Below, in pieces: positions 38,075 through 49,974 of a DNA stretch of 64,000 nt (within the stretch, counting starts at the first letter, position 1; each line of letters opens with the position of its first letter). This DNA comes from Phoronis australis. Lineage: Eukaryota; Animalia; Phoronida. The stretch covers positions 578,828 to 642,827 of the forward strand of contig NMRA01000207.1 of NCBI GenBank assembly GCA_002633005.1, given 5' to 3'. The notes under the pieces were generated by a model, which was not told the origin of the DNA, made no database searches, and saw nothing but the letters and a program-made list of their open reading frames with translations. Both the position numbers and the translations under genes were made by a program.

Positions 38075-39777
38075 TCACTTGTCGCCAACCGAGTCGGACT
38101 GCGAGTAAGAAGACCGCCCACTCTCCACAACTTTTACATTATGACTGTGATGACTTGTGGCCCTTGCGTGTACCCTCGGTTTTATAGGTGTTTGGCTATC
38201 ATTCTCTTTAGCTACGACGTCATCAGCTTTAGGACGCAATGTTTCATTAATTCCAGGTAAAACTGTCATACGAGACATCCTTTTCCATTTCACGTCGTCT
38301 TCGGATTTCCCGCGTTCAATATCAGGGCGAGATATGCGGCCCAAAACCTGCTCAGTGATAGACTGCATGGACATCCTGGAGTTCTCTTCTTGCTCTCGTT
38401 TCTTCTCCTCGGCTAAAACAGAAGCTTTTTTCCTAGCTCCCATGATTTCCACCTGGACCCCGTCCTTCATACTTGTCAGAATGTGCTCCTGTCTCTCCCC
38501 CGTAGCTGGAAACGGTGCCAACATTTCCAGCTGCAGACGTGCTTTACACACAGCGCGGCCCCACTCTTGTAATTCTGCCGCGAGGTCGTACGCCTTTGTT
38601 AGCTCTCTCCGTTCAATATTGTCCAGTAAATTCAGAGCACGAACGGCAATTTCGGGGTGCAGCTTGTGCGGTTGAAAGTTCTCAAAGCGTTCGTCCAGCG
38701 GAGGAGTTTCTAATCCCTGAGCGATGCTGCACAACTTGTTCAGCTTCGCGGTGTCCTTCGTTGTTTTTTCAGATTCGCCTAGAATCAGCAACGTTGCCAC
38801 CATACAATCTCGAACTGTCTTTGATCGCCGGATGACATCCTTCAGCGGAGAGAAGAAAACCTTTTCGACACTCACTATCTTATTACAAGCCCTCTCAATT
38901 TTTCGCAGTATATACACCACTCTACTTGCATTCTTGAGTTCTTGTTGTAGTTTTCCATGTAGTTTTGCACCCTGTATCGTCTTAACTAGGATAAGAATTT
39001 TTGCCAGATTCAGATTGTCAACAGCTTTTGTTAAATCTTCGCTGAACCGGATAGTATTCAGTATCGCATTGGCCTCCTTTATGACATTGCACTCTAGCTC
39101 TGTCTTTTTACTAAGTGACTGGTAAAGAGTAAGGGCTTTTTCAATCTCCACGGCATTTCGTGATTCGTTGGCAAACAGTAAGTTAGTCATGAGGTGGTCA
39201 TGGTCTATGTCCAAGTCGCTGTCTCGGTGCACGACACCCGCAATATAGCCATCGGGAGCGGGAATAGCGGTTTCGGCGTCGGGCACTTCTTTTACCTTAT
39301 TCATACTCGCAGTTTCGTTTGGAATGTTGGAATTTCCTTCACTTGGCTCCAAATTTTCTTCACTGAACCGAGCCCGCCGCGAGGGTGATTCAAACTCCGA
39401 AATCATGGAAGGAGATTTCGAATTGTCTTGAATGGACCCGCCCTTGATGATTGACTTTAGCGGGAAACGCAAGTCACCCTGCAACGTGTCCGTAGAGCCC
39501 CGAAGGGTCTGTTCCGTTACTCGCCGTGCCTTATGACTACTTGATACTGACTTTTTAGTGTCTCGCCTTCGAGACATCGTACTTTTTCTAGACTTTGTTG
39601 AAACTTTTGTGTTGCTTTCTTCAGTCTTAGCCGTCCCCTCTTCGGGGATGCACGTTGATGCCACTTGTTTTTTCGTCCGTTTTAAATATATGACGACGCC
39701 GAGAGCAATACTGGCTATCAATATCGGAACACCAACACTGCCTACCACGATATACACTAGCAAGCCCACTTGTACTT
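38075..39777 (-). CDS. Gene B terminal exon: TM helix, linker, helical region and divergent dynein-MTBD-like domain
   Basis: 564-aa ORF; acceptor ttttgtattccag| phase 1. TM LLVYIVVGSVGVPILIASIALGVVIYL then KRTKK. VRDCMVATLLILGESE...ERFENF...LHPEIAVRAL...EWGRAV at ~38548-38880. Confidence 0.85.
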
Positions 39778-41974
39778 CTGGAATACAAAACGAAAAGTTT
39801 CAGGGTTGGAATGCTCTCGTACATTGTGGTCTAGCAAATCCACACTCGATCGCAGGAAAACAATTAGGTCAAATCTTGGAAATATAACCACCATTGACTG
39901 GTAGCAACATAACAAAGCGATTTAAATTGTTCTTGGAGCAGAGCAACTTGAATAGCAAACGGTGTGAGAACCCATGTTTAACAAAAATCCTACTTTCTGA
40001 CAAGTAGTGAGGCCCGCTACGAAATCGTGAATAAAATTTGCAAGTGAATCACAAGAAAGACATGCAGTTTTTCCCATTTTGTAGTAGCAAAAACTAGTAT
40101 CAAGTGTTTCTGAATTCATATTATTCTGTGACGAACAAAGCTAACATGCTCTGAATGAATTGATAACGGATTACGGATAACGGATTTAAACCATTAACAT
40201 GAAGAGCTTCAACGTTCACGGCTGCATACGTTGACATGGAGTAGCTAGAACAATACAATGACGGAGACCGTATCCATTGATTACCTCGCAAAAAATTATT
40301 TTTATTTTAAGCATTTATTTCTCCATTAACGGTAGGAAATTGAGGAAGAAATGCTTGAAATATCACATTAAATGGTTGGTAACCGAATTCAAGCAATTAC
40401 GACCATGGTTTGAAAAGTTTAACCAATTTGAATCTGAAGTGAGTATGCGTAACACGCTAGCAAGCACAAATATTGCTTTAGTCTTGGAAGCCCTAATTGA
40501 ACGCTCATCAAGGTCAAACTGATGTCAAAAAATGTCGAAGTTAGCTATGGACATAACGTCACGATGTTGTTTAGCTGTCAATGTTGAACTCTAAGCCGAA
40601 GTGCTTTGTGCGTTTAAAAAGATTATAACGCCAACCAGATCCTGAATTAATGCCTAATAAGACGGCCACTTGCCTCGCACCCAATGCATCCATTAGACAA
40701 CATGTACCGTTAAAGAATTCGCAATTCGGGGTCTACTCGTACCAAGGCCAATAAGCGTTGTTTTCTTGAGTAGCTCATGATTTTGGCGTTCATGCTGATA
40801 ATGCGGGCAATCATGCAAGTCCTATCACGGTGAGAAAAATGATGTAACTGGTTTGATGAGCTTATGTGGCATTTTTGGCAGCTATACAGAGAAAATGCAT
40901 TTTTATAATACCAGGACTGCATCATGGGTATTATTCGAATGTGATCAGAATACAACTTTCAAATTTCCAAATGCGGAAATTGGCCTCGTGATTTCGTAAA
41001 ATCGCAATGACACAACACTGTTAGCTGGTAAATGTTGTCTGTAACACGTGCTGCTGGTTCGATAACGGCCGGATCAGTCAATATAGCCTACATTCTTTTA
41101 AACGCACTCGATCGATCTTGTTTTCTTCAACTCTGTCCAATTACGAAGTAGTTTCATTCACATGGAGCGCATATTTACTCAAAGTGTCCTTAATCGCACT
41201 TTCTGATTTGTTCTATATGTTTGCCAGCTGCAGCGTCAATCATGGCAAAAGAGCAAGACTACCTCTCATTTGTTTTCAGCATGTCGGTGCCATTACAGCA
41301 GTGTATGAATAAAGCGGATTTTTTCAAATCAAAGCGATCAATATATGACTTCTGATATAATTCACTTCTCAGCGTCATCTTTTGACAATTCAAAGTGAAG
41401 TGTGTACATTCACCTTTAATAGTGCATACATATATCTTTTTACGAGCTTCCCCACAATGCACTAGAAATACGATAACAGCGCTGTAAATGATGAATTCCA
41501 GCGGAAACTTGGATTTGGGTTAGCGAACGGTAAGTTGGTTGGAATACGTTGAAGATTGTGTGTTCGTTTTCTTATTATTGTTGTTATACATATTGATACT
41601 GTCATTGAAATTAGGCTTTGAGAATTTTGAGTGCATGAAGATTTTTATTGCAAATCCTTTACACGCGTTTCTTTAATTTTCTAAATACACGATTTCATTT
41701 TTATGAAAGATCCGCGTTAATTACTTTTTCCCTGGCGTACCTTCACTGTACATGCAGCAAATAATTATGAAGCGTTAGTAGTAGTAGTGCAATAAATGGC
41801 CCGCAACTTGGCTCTGCAGTTTACTTCAGTTGAGCAAACTTAAGTGCACCACCCCCTTTTTGTGGGTCATTGCGTTTGCTCGAAAAACAGTGGTTGCACT
41901 TGATACTGACTTCGGTTAGTTCTGTCGTGTCCGTGAGCAATGACAACGGGATATAGTTAGTAGCTGCCTCACAG

Positions 41975-42348
41975 GTAGAAAAATCTTGCCAAAATCACGT
42001 ACGTGTTCTCATTTAAAATACTCGGCAATATCTCGCGTAGTCTTGCTTTTTTAGGGATGCCGTAGTTATTGAACTCTGCCCGGGTAGTGTGCAGTAACGC
42101 TAGGGCTTTGCGAATGGCCGTGTGTAGTAAACGAGAGCACGTGATTTTGGCTCTCTAGGCTAGAATTTAGCGAGATCCCCAGCGTCACTGAACTCTACCC
42201 TGCCTTCCGTTCAGGCTAGGACCTCGCTAAAAAGCAAGACTTCGCGAGACTACGTGAGATATTACCGTGTATTTTAAATGAGAGCACATGACTTTGGCTA
42301 GATTTTAGCTAGATCCTAGCGTAGGTACCAGCGTTAGTGAACGCAGGC
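41975..42348. mobile_element. Cluster of about three adjacent copies or fragments of the ~150-bp MITE also found at 5973-6122
   Basis: Recurrent blocks aaaatcacgt.....ctcatttaaaatac.cgg.aatatctc.cgtagtc and agcgt.actgaac in both orientations. Confidence 0.65.
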
Positions 42349-42474
42349 GTGGATTTTCAAGAAAACCGGAAGTCGAGGACCAATCAGGTGTCTCAACCAC
42401 GGGTTGAGTCGGCGGAACCCTTGAAGTTAGCCTAATCAAGTGCAGCCATTAACAATAATTAACAATGCACGTAC

Positions 42475-42660
42475 GAATTGAGCAACTGGGTGCGTTTGTC
42501 CACGAAAACAAATCAGTGATGCTGTCGTTGGTGCACTTAACATATGGCTTTCCTACAATCTTGTGGTTTTCATTGCACGCGAATGTTACGTAGAACAGGC
42601 CATCGTCGGATTTCACTTGGGTTGGTTTGCTGTTTGCTACTGTTGGAGACGGACCGCACA
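42475..42660 (-). CDS. Gene B exon: CCP/sushi domain
   Basis: Acceptor ctattccag| and donor |gtacgt; 186 bp, phase 1-1. CGPSPTVANS...VTFACNENHKIVG...VKC......W...PSC has the 4 Cys plus Trp of a CCP module. Confidence 0.85.
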
Positions 42661-43143
42661 CTGGAATAGCAGTTAAGCACAATGTCTATCAGACGCAATT
42701 TACAAACAGACCCATACGAGGGGCAACACCTTGACCAAAGAACGTAACCAGACCATGGGTGGGGGATTGGAGTTTGGCCCCCAAGTGTGAAGTTTAGTTA
42801 TTGTACACGGATTATTTTCAGTGCACAGGTGGATTAACCTTTGATCTCAGTCCTGTTATTGTATTTGTCTTCCCCGAATACAGTTGGTACTTGTTGACTT
42901 CAATGGTTGTGTTGTTTTATTCATCTCTCGCTATAATTTCCACAAGGGGCCCCGGGTGTGGAAATTGTATCGTAGAATTGGTGTTTTCTGTCATCTTGAA
43001 CGGGTGATTAGGGTGTCCTAGCTGGAGTTTAGAGGTGAGTTATGCAATCGTTTCTACCCACTGGTTATATAATTACTAAGTAGTGGTTGTAAAAGGGATT
43101 AGCGGTCAGCTGCACTCGTGATTTACAACGTGTCACAAGAGAT

Positions 43144-43680
43144 CATGACAGCGTTTTCCTGTTCAGTGACTTTACCAGACGAAGGGGGTTCTTTTTCTGA
43201 GCGTGTGATAACATCTAGCTTCTTTGTTAACTGCCAAGCACAGACTTTTGTCTGTTATGACAACAGGCACGCCACTACCAGGATTATTACAGACCATGTG
43301 TGAACACCGTCAAACCCAGAGTGAATTGGTACATTCGGAAAGAATAGATTATGGTAACTTCGGTTGCAGTTGGGCGATTTTGGCGATTCAAAAACTAAAC
43401 ATGATCACCATTTGACGAGGATTTCAGAAATGCTATTGGATTATGTTCAAATATGTTATAACTTAGCTTTTATTTTTAACATCACATCCCAGTTAGGCTA
43501 GAGATGATCTTATTGAAGATTAGAGCAATTATCGAACAAAAGAGAGCTGGCCTTCCAACCACGAATGCCAAAATGGAGTTAATCAGTCGTGTAAGATATT
43601 GGCTACAGGGGTAAACTTCCCAACTTGTTGTTGGGCTATAGAACCCAACAGGTTGGGAGCAACGGGAAAACGTTATAATG
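43144..43680 (+). mobile_element. ~540-bp TIR element (copy 1)
   Basis: Ends CATGACAGCGTTTTCCTGTT / AACGGGAAAACGTTATAATG; inverted copy at 44683-45167; split copy at 59513-59680 plus 62686-63031. Confidence 0.8.
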
Positions 43681-44682
43681 TTCTACAGCCACAATAACGT
43701 AATCGTAGTGTCCAAGTGGACATCAATCAGAGGCCTACCTTTTGGTTGGCCAATTGGGTACAAAGCAATATACTGTCAGAGGGGATCGATTTGGGGACCA
43801 TAGCCTTGCCAGCCACTGTTATGATTGTCTAAGGGGTTCTGATATTTGGTTAGCTGAATTTTATCAAAATTTGGACCTGACCCTGCGACGAAACCTAAGT
43901 AGAAATTCAAGTATTCGAGACGTTTTTTTTTTCTTAACAGGTGGCTAAATGGCGTCCTGCATGACGCCAGCAACGTTATTTTGATGACTGGCCATGGAAC
44001 TGTGGTTCGGAGATAGGCAGTTAAGGAACTCTTCCGGGGGTAGATGAAGCTGATTCCGGAAGGATGCAGACTCAGGGACGCAGGAATTCCACAAGGGAAG
44101 CTAACGGGATCGCGTACTTCACTTGTAACACAGAACTCCACTGCTCAGAAATTGAATGAACAAAAAAGTATTTGGGCAACAGGTGAACATATTGTACAAC
44201 TGAAAACAGTAAGAATTTATGCAAGCACAAACAGACACACTAGACTACGCAACTACGAGCAGTTTTTCGAAAGTCACGTAAACACACCTGTCTTAGTTGG
44301 GGCAACTTTCCATTTGTAACTGCGGAACAAACACACAGAAACCAAATGTCACTTCTTTCAGTAAAATACAGTAACACGATTTTAACATACAAAATGGTTT
44401 GTTGAAAATCTCCTCGCATGTAGTTTGATAGCTTGTATAATGTAGTTCTAAGACTGGAGATGAAAAATGTCAGAAGCCAGACTATTACCGGTATCCGACC
44501 AGAGCCACGAGTGGGTGCATATAAAGAATGACCAATGTAATTGTCGGGTTTGTTAATTAATTTTGTCGGGAAATGGCTGGTTGTCCAGAACCATAGCTCA
44601 AGAGTCAATCTTGACGAACAAAAATGTCAAAATGAAAATGAAGCAATGAAATTAAGCTTGATTTGATAACTGCAACTTTCAA

Positions 44683-45167
44683 CATTACGGCGTTTTCCCG
44701 TTGCTCCCAACTTGTTCGATTCAATATGACCCCTGTAGCTAACATCTTACAAAACTGATTAACTACATTCTGGCATTTAGGGTTGGACGGTCAGCTCTCT
44801 TTTGTTCGATAATTGCTCTAATCTCCAAAAGATCGTACTTAGTCTGGCTGGGCTGTGCTGTTGAAAATAAAAGTTATAACATGTCTGAACATAAACTAAT
44901 AGCATTTCTGAAATCCTCGACAAATGGTGATCATGTTCAGTTTCTGAATGGCCAAAATCGTCCAACTACAACCGAAGTTACGACAATCTATTCTTTCGGA
45001 ACATACGCTTTAGGTTTGACTGTGTTCACGGGTGGTCTGTAATAAGCCTGGTAGCTAATTGGCCTGCCCGTTGTCACACCGGAAAAAAGACTGTGCTTGG
45101 CAGTTAACAAAGAAGCTCACAACTCTCTACGTCAGGTAAAGTCATTGAACGGGAAAATGCCGTCATG
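44683..45167 (-). mobile_element. ~490-bp TIR element (copy 2, inverted relative to 43144-43680)
   Basis: CATTACGGCGTTTTCCCGTT / AACGGGAAAATGCCGTCATG; collinear with the reverse complement of copy 1. Confidence 0.8.
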
Positions 45168-45351
45168 ATCAAAACTCAGTCGAGCAGACAATCGGAAAGC
45201 TCTAATAGTAGATTACATTGGTCACGGCGTGTGGGAGTTTCCAGAGCTAGAGTTCTATGCCTTGTAATGGTCTGGCGTGATGTTGCGGTTTCGCGAGGTT
45301 CTCGCGTATACGTAACGCACGCCAGGCCTACAGTAGCAGGACAGTACTTAC

Positions 45352-45450
45352 GGGGATGTGTCCAAAAATTCTTCTCCTGCGTTCTCACAGACTGACAGAG
45401 CCGAATGCACACATATGCTGACAAGCTTCGCACAAGAAGACACAGACAGG
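45352..45450 (-). CDS. Gene B candidate signal-peptide exon 2
   Basis: Acceptor ttattccag| and consensus donor |gtaagt; 99 bp, phase 1-1. With ATGCGTG|gtaagt at 45704-45698 it gives MRACLCLLVRSLSAYVCIRLCQSVRTQEKNFWTHP, in frame with the CCP exon. Confidence 0.55.
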
Positions 45451-45697
45451 CTGGAATAAATTATGATCAGGCGAGTGAATATCAGTGTTTCGACACGATT
45501 TGCAAAGCAACGGTTCGCTGAGCAAACAAGAAACTAATAGGGAGCGTCGTTGGGTGAAATGGTCCGACAACCGTAAACATGTTGACCATAATATCAGACT
45601 TAATATCGAACAAGACGAGAACTGCATCGCGAATGTTGTAGGAGTTTCAAAGCCATTACATGTAAGTGTTCGTAATGGTGAAAAACTTGGCACTTAC

Positions 45698-45704
45698 CAC
45701 GCAT
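45698..45704 (-). CDS. Gene B candidate start-codon exon (coding part ATG CGT G)
   Basis: ATG followed 7 nt later by a perfect gtaagt donor in phase 1; nearby upstream out-of-frame ATGs exist. Confidence 0.45.
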
Positions 45705-47074
45705 TCTTACTATATGTCATTTGCTTGTTTAGTATGACGTCATTTTGACGTTTTGAAGCCAATCAAAAATACTAAAAAAATAAACACAATTGGGCCACAT
45801 TTGTGTAGTGCTGTAAATTACTATCCACTACGAAAGTTGTTAACTGGCTGTTATGGACCCGCTCAATCTCAATCTTCCTCAACTCCCAGGGAGCATACTG
45901 TAGAAAGGACCGACAAAAGTAAATACTTACGGCCAAATCACAATCAAGGTCCATATTCGAGAGTTGACTGCGTTACGGTCTAAAATAATTTTTTGGTTAC
46001 TTACCAAATGCCAACTGAATCTCATATGCAACGAGTTATTTAGTTTTGCAAATTAAAAAAGAATCATCAAATCGGACAATGTTTAGGAAATTTATGCATG
46101 TTTTTGTCTATGAATTTCATGCATTTTTAGCTTTACCAATTTAACCATTAGCCATTTTAAAAATTACGATTTTCAATTGTCAACCGTAGAAAAGAAATTT
46201 ATTTTATCAAGTAAGCAATTGCTTAGATATGAGTGGGAATAACTTGAGTCACTTTCAGAATCACTTAGATGAAGTTGTGAGAAATGGTAGGGTTCATCAT
46301 GGAACAGGCACTCGTTACGAAATTTGAAAATTCTTTGTTTCAACTATCTTATGAATTTTTGCATTATAGAAGTGGGCTGTGACCACAAGTTATAGTGCAC
46401 GTACCCTTTTATACAACTGTTATAGTTTAGGCCATGAAATTTTATTCGGTGGTTCTTGTGCAAAAATATTTTAGATTACATGGCACTTTAAAATAACCCA
46501 GCTTTTACAGTTACATAACAACCTTCATTTTTCACCAAAAGTGGCCACCGAATATGGAACTTGATTGTGATTTGCCCGTTACCAAAGATGCGAATTGAAC
46601 AAAACCGATTTGCGATTTTGATACACAAGGACGAAAGAATCAGACGCTCTTTCTGGAACCCGAGTCATGTGAAAACTTCTCATTGGACGTTGCCGTATGA
46701 GAGACAACTCCAGAGCTTCACAACATTCCTCCCCATCATATCTTTTGGCGTCTTCGGCGTCCAGCGTCATGAATTCCAGTAGAACCCCATCCCCAAGAGG
46801 ATACAATTATCACCGGGAGGTGAGATAATAAAACCCCGGGTATAAGCCCACAACCGCAAAAACAAAACAATGATGAACCATACACAAAAAATATGTATTC
46901 ATACCAGCTTACCTTAACGTATACCTGATCGTATACGTTCTCGAACCACACAATAAAATAACACATAAATAGAGAAATTGTATAACCTTTATATAAAAAA
47001 CTTGAAAATACTATGACCACAATAAACGCGAAATTCCTTTTTCCCTCAAATCCCCAAATATAAAAAGTCGCTTA

Positions 47075-47370
47075 CAGATACGTAAAAGTCTCCCCGTTCA
47101 AGTGCGTACTATGTAAGATCCGGTAGATGGTTGTCTCCCGCAATTCTGCAACGCGAGCAACCACGATGCCCAACCTATGGGGATGTCTGGTCATATGGGG
47201 TTGGCTCCGGATATGCGACGGTGTCTGGTACCCTCTGACACAGCGCCACTTATACTGCAAACTTTCGTTTAGCACTGTGATAGAGTGTACATGTCTGTCT
47301 CAATCAACATCCTGTCCAAGGGATCTGCGCTATGGCTTCTGCATGCTCCAATGACGTTTCCATTGATGTA
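47075..47370 (-). pseudogene. TatD-like DNase C-terminal remnant
   Basis: EAIAQIP/(frameshift)LDRMLIETD matches the TatD IPLDRLLxETD motif. HPHRLGIVVARVAELRETTIYRILHSTHLNG matches the TatD terminal helices. Confidence 0.6.
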
Positions 47371-47490
47371 CTACCGATCGAAAAGTAGGACTGGTGTTCT
47401 AGAAACTTTCGACACACTCACGCACTTCAGACACCCCCACCCCCTGTCCCCGGAAAAAGAGTGTAGCTGAATCCCAGTTTCGCGCGGCAA

Positions 47491-48645
47491 TAGCGGATTT
47501 GCAGCGCAGACGAACTACGCATTGCGCATGTGCGAGTTACTTCCTTCGCGAAGGCTCATGGGATAGCTTGTGGTCAGGCATGTCTTGAGCAGGCTGGATA
47601 GTGTGTGCATTTGGAGTGATTTGCAAACTAAAAACCATGTTTCATTTTTTGCTTTATAATACCAAGCAAGGCCTCTCTCTCGTTTGTAAACACAGCGTAG
47701 CTATGATCAGTGACCGTGTGACCGAGAGCACGACTGTCGCCGTGTTCAGTATTGGGGTTATCGGCGTTGATTTCGAAATCTCCTCCTATTTCAGACAAGT
47801 TGAGAGTTCTTGGGTTGCTTAACTTTTGTAGCTTTCGTCGTGGATATGNGAGGAAGTTACGTGAAATTACGCATGTTGACGAATAAAAAGTCCAAGGGAC
47901 ACACATCTTACAAGTTTCACCCGATACCTTCTCATGCTATTTTACAAGTGTCGCGCGCTAGCGTCACGCGCTTCGCTCAGTCTAACCTTGCGCCTAACTC
48001 ACGGGATTCAGTTGACATGCTTTGTAGTTATCGCGCACGCGGTGATAAAATTAATGGCAACCAAAAAAGTGGAGTTGTAGTTCTTCGCCAAAGTCAACTT
48101 AATTGTCACAACTAAGCTTCATTAAAGATATGTATAGAAGTAGAAAGGACCAATGATGAAAGTAAGCGTTTTTTAAATGATAGTTTTAAGTGTAGAGTGT
48201 ATTTTTGACGAGGTGAAAACTCGAAATCGGTAACCCAAATCCGGTCACGGCCCGTTTAAAATACACTGGAGTAACGAAATGAGTACAGAAAGCGAATGGA
48301 AGTATTGTAGCCCCTACATGGCCAACCGAGGGGCTACGTGTTGCCTACTAGATGGCCCCGCATTCGTTTGAATGCGCTAAATTTCCCCTTACTCCCAGGT
48401 CTCCTAATGTTGTTTATCCATTTTTCACAAAGTTCTTGGTTTGCAGGGAACACATACAAACTCAGATTTTTATCTCTCTTGTTGTTTTTGAAGCAGCCAG
48501 GAACACAAGTGAATCCGCCGTAAGTTTTCTTCGCGCTCATACCGCGTATTATGCTTGTTACTATGGCCGCTTTCGGAATCCTGACCACAGCACCCACAAT
48601 GCACCATTTTAACTAATTTCAATATGGCGTCGCTGCAAATCCGCT
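47491..48645 (-). mobile_element. Non-autonomous ISL2EU-like element with partial THAP ORF (48334-48597)
   Basis: Inverted ends (GCAAT)AGCGGATTTGCAGCG / CGCTGCAAATCCGCT(ATTGC), compatible with an AT TSD. TCVPGCFKNNKRDKNLSLYVFP.....EKWINNIRR is the N-terminal half of a THAP domain. Confidence 0.7.
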
Positions 48646-48669
48646 ATTGCTTACGAGCAATTTCTAAGA

Positions 48670-49385
48670 CTCGCTGGTTCCCTACGTGCTGCTAGGTTGT
48701 CGGTAGCTAGCAATCAATTAACTTTCCTCGGGAAATTTATTTACACCGGCGTTTCTGATTGGCTACTCGAATTCTCAACAGGCAGCGCTTTACGCAAACA
48801 AACTGGCATGACTGATGTACTGAAATGTAAATGTGGTCTGTTGGCAGTGGCGGATTTAGAGGGGGCCAGGGGGGCCGTGCCCCCAAAATATCCCAGATTC
48901 CATTTGGCAGTTTGGGGATGGGAATGCCTGAGGGGCAAAATCCTGGCTAATAGCCTGCCCTGGCCCCCCGCCTACCTCAAAATTCTGGATCCGCCCATAG
49001 TTGGGTAGACAAATCGGTGCTTAAAACTGATGTTCAGGAAATGTGAATCCTAGAAATTGTAGTTGCGCCTTTTCGTAGTGTATTTTTCTACTATCGATGA
49101 CTGTTTACGATACTGTCCTGTATTCATACAGTATGAATAACACACCATGAAATCGGCCAGATATGTGTTTATTGTACATGTATGTGCTTCAAGCACGCGG
49201 CTATTAAACATCACTGCAGAAACGAAATAATTGTTGCAAAGCCACTTGCATGACAAGGCTAAAAATAGTTCACACTCCGCCATTTTTTCATGTTTTCATT
49301 GTAAAGCTAACCAATGACTGCTGATGTTACATCATCCAATGCTTAAGCGCGTGCCACTGCGTGATACCTGCGTGCTGGCTAGGCC
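48670..49385 (+). mobile_element. Copy of the 15867-16474 element, interrupted by a MITE at 48845-48999
   Basis: Collinear identity with 15867-16460 on both sides of the insertion. Confidence 0.85.
48845..48999. mobile_element. G/C-run MITE with 5-bp TSD (hAT5-like)
   Basis: gttgg|CAGTGGCGGATT...GATCCGCCCATA|gttgg; the empty site is seen in the 15867 copy. Confidence 0.75.
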
Positions 49386-49974
49386 CATGCCCTTTGCGGT
49401 GCACCAGGCGTGCTCAGGTCACAAGACCGGATCCTGCACTGCACCAATCACCTGCATGATTATATGTTTAAGACTTAAAATGGTCAAAAGAAAATCGCTA
49501 GGCATTGCCAAAACTGACCCAGCCCCTGACATTAACTTGTTGCATACATTAACAAAAGTTTTAAATTTGTGTGCCGCAGTATCTGAGATTCACTCACTCA
49601 TCCACTGCCCACTACTGCTCATGCGCAAGCGCATCTCCACCACCCAAATTGTGCTTTGGTGGCCAACTAATAAGCATTTCAATCACGACCATACGTTTTC
49701 CTCGAAATGCAGAAGGAAACTAAATGTATACTTGTGTTAGTTTTGCTGTGATGGTGCTCTGATCAAGAGCACTATCCACACACGTGCAATATAAGCTGTA
49801 AATGTAGTGCATAAGTTCTTATCGTGTTTAGTAAGTGCCAGTTAGTGTTGACCAATGAAACGCTCCGGTATGTTGGTTTCAGTTTTTATTTCTTTTATAC
49901 TCTTCTAGGCTCGGTACGCCGGGAAAGAGATCAATGCCAAAGAATACGTGTCACATAAAAGCCCTTTTCTAGTC

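Noticed and set aside
39922-40119. Cys-rich minus-strand ORF as an extra gene B exon
   Set aside because: No recognisable domain spacing and no convincing donor before the stop.
42830-43020. Possible additional gene B ectodomain exon (GHPNHPFKMTEN...)
   Set aside because: In-frame TAA in the only plausible phase-1 frame and no recognisable domain; may be a decayed exon but is unsupported.
43941-44319. Plus-strand acceptor (ttttcttaacag) followed by coding-looking sequence
   Set aside because: Stops occur in all frames shortly after the acceptor; no identifiable homology.
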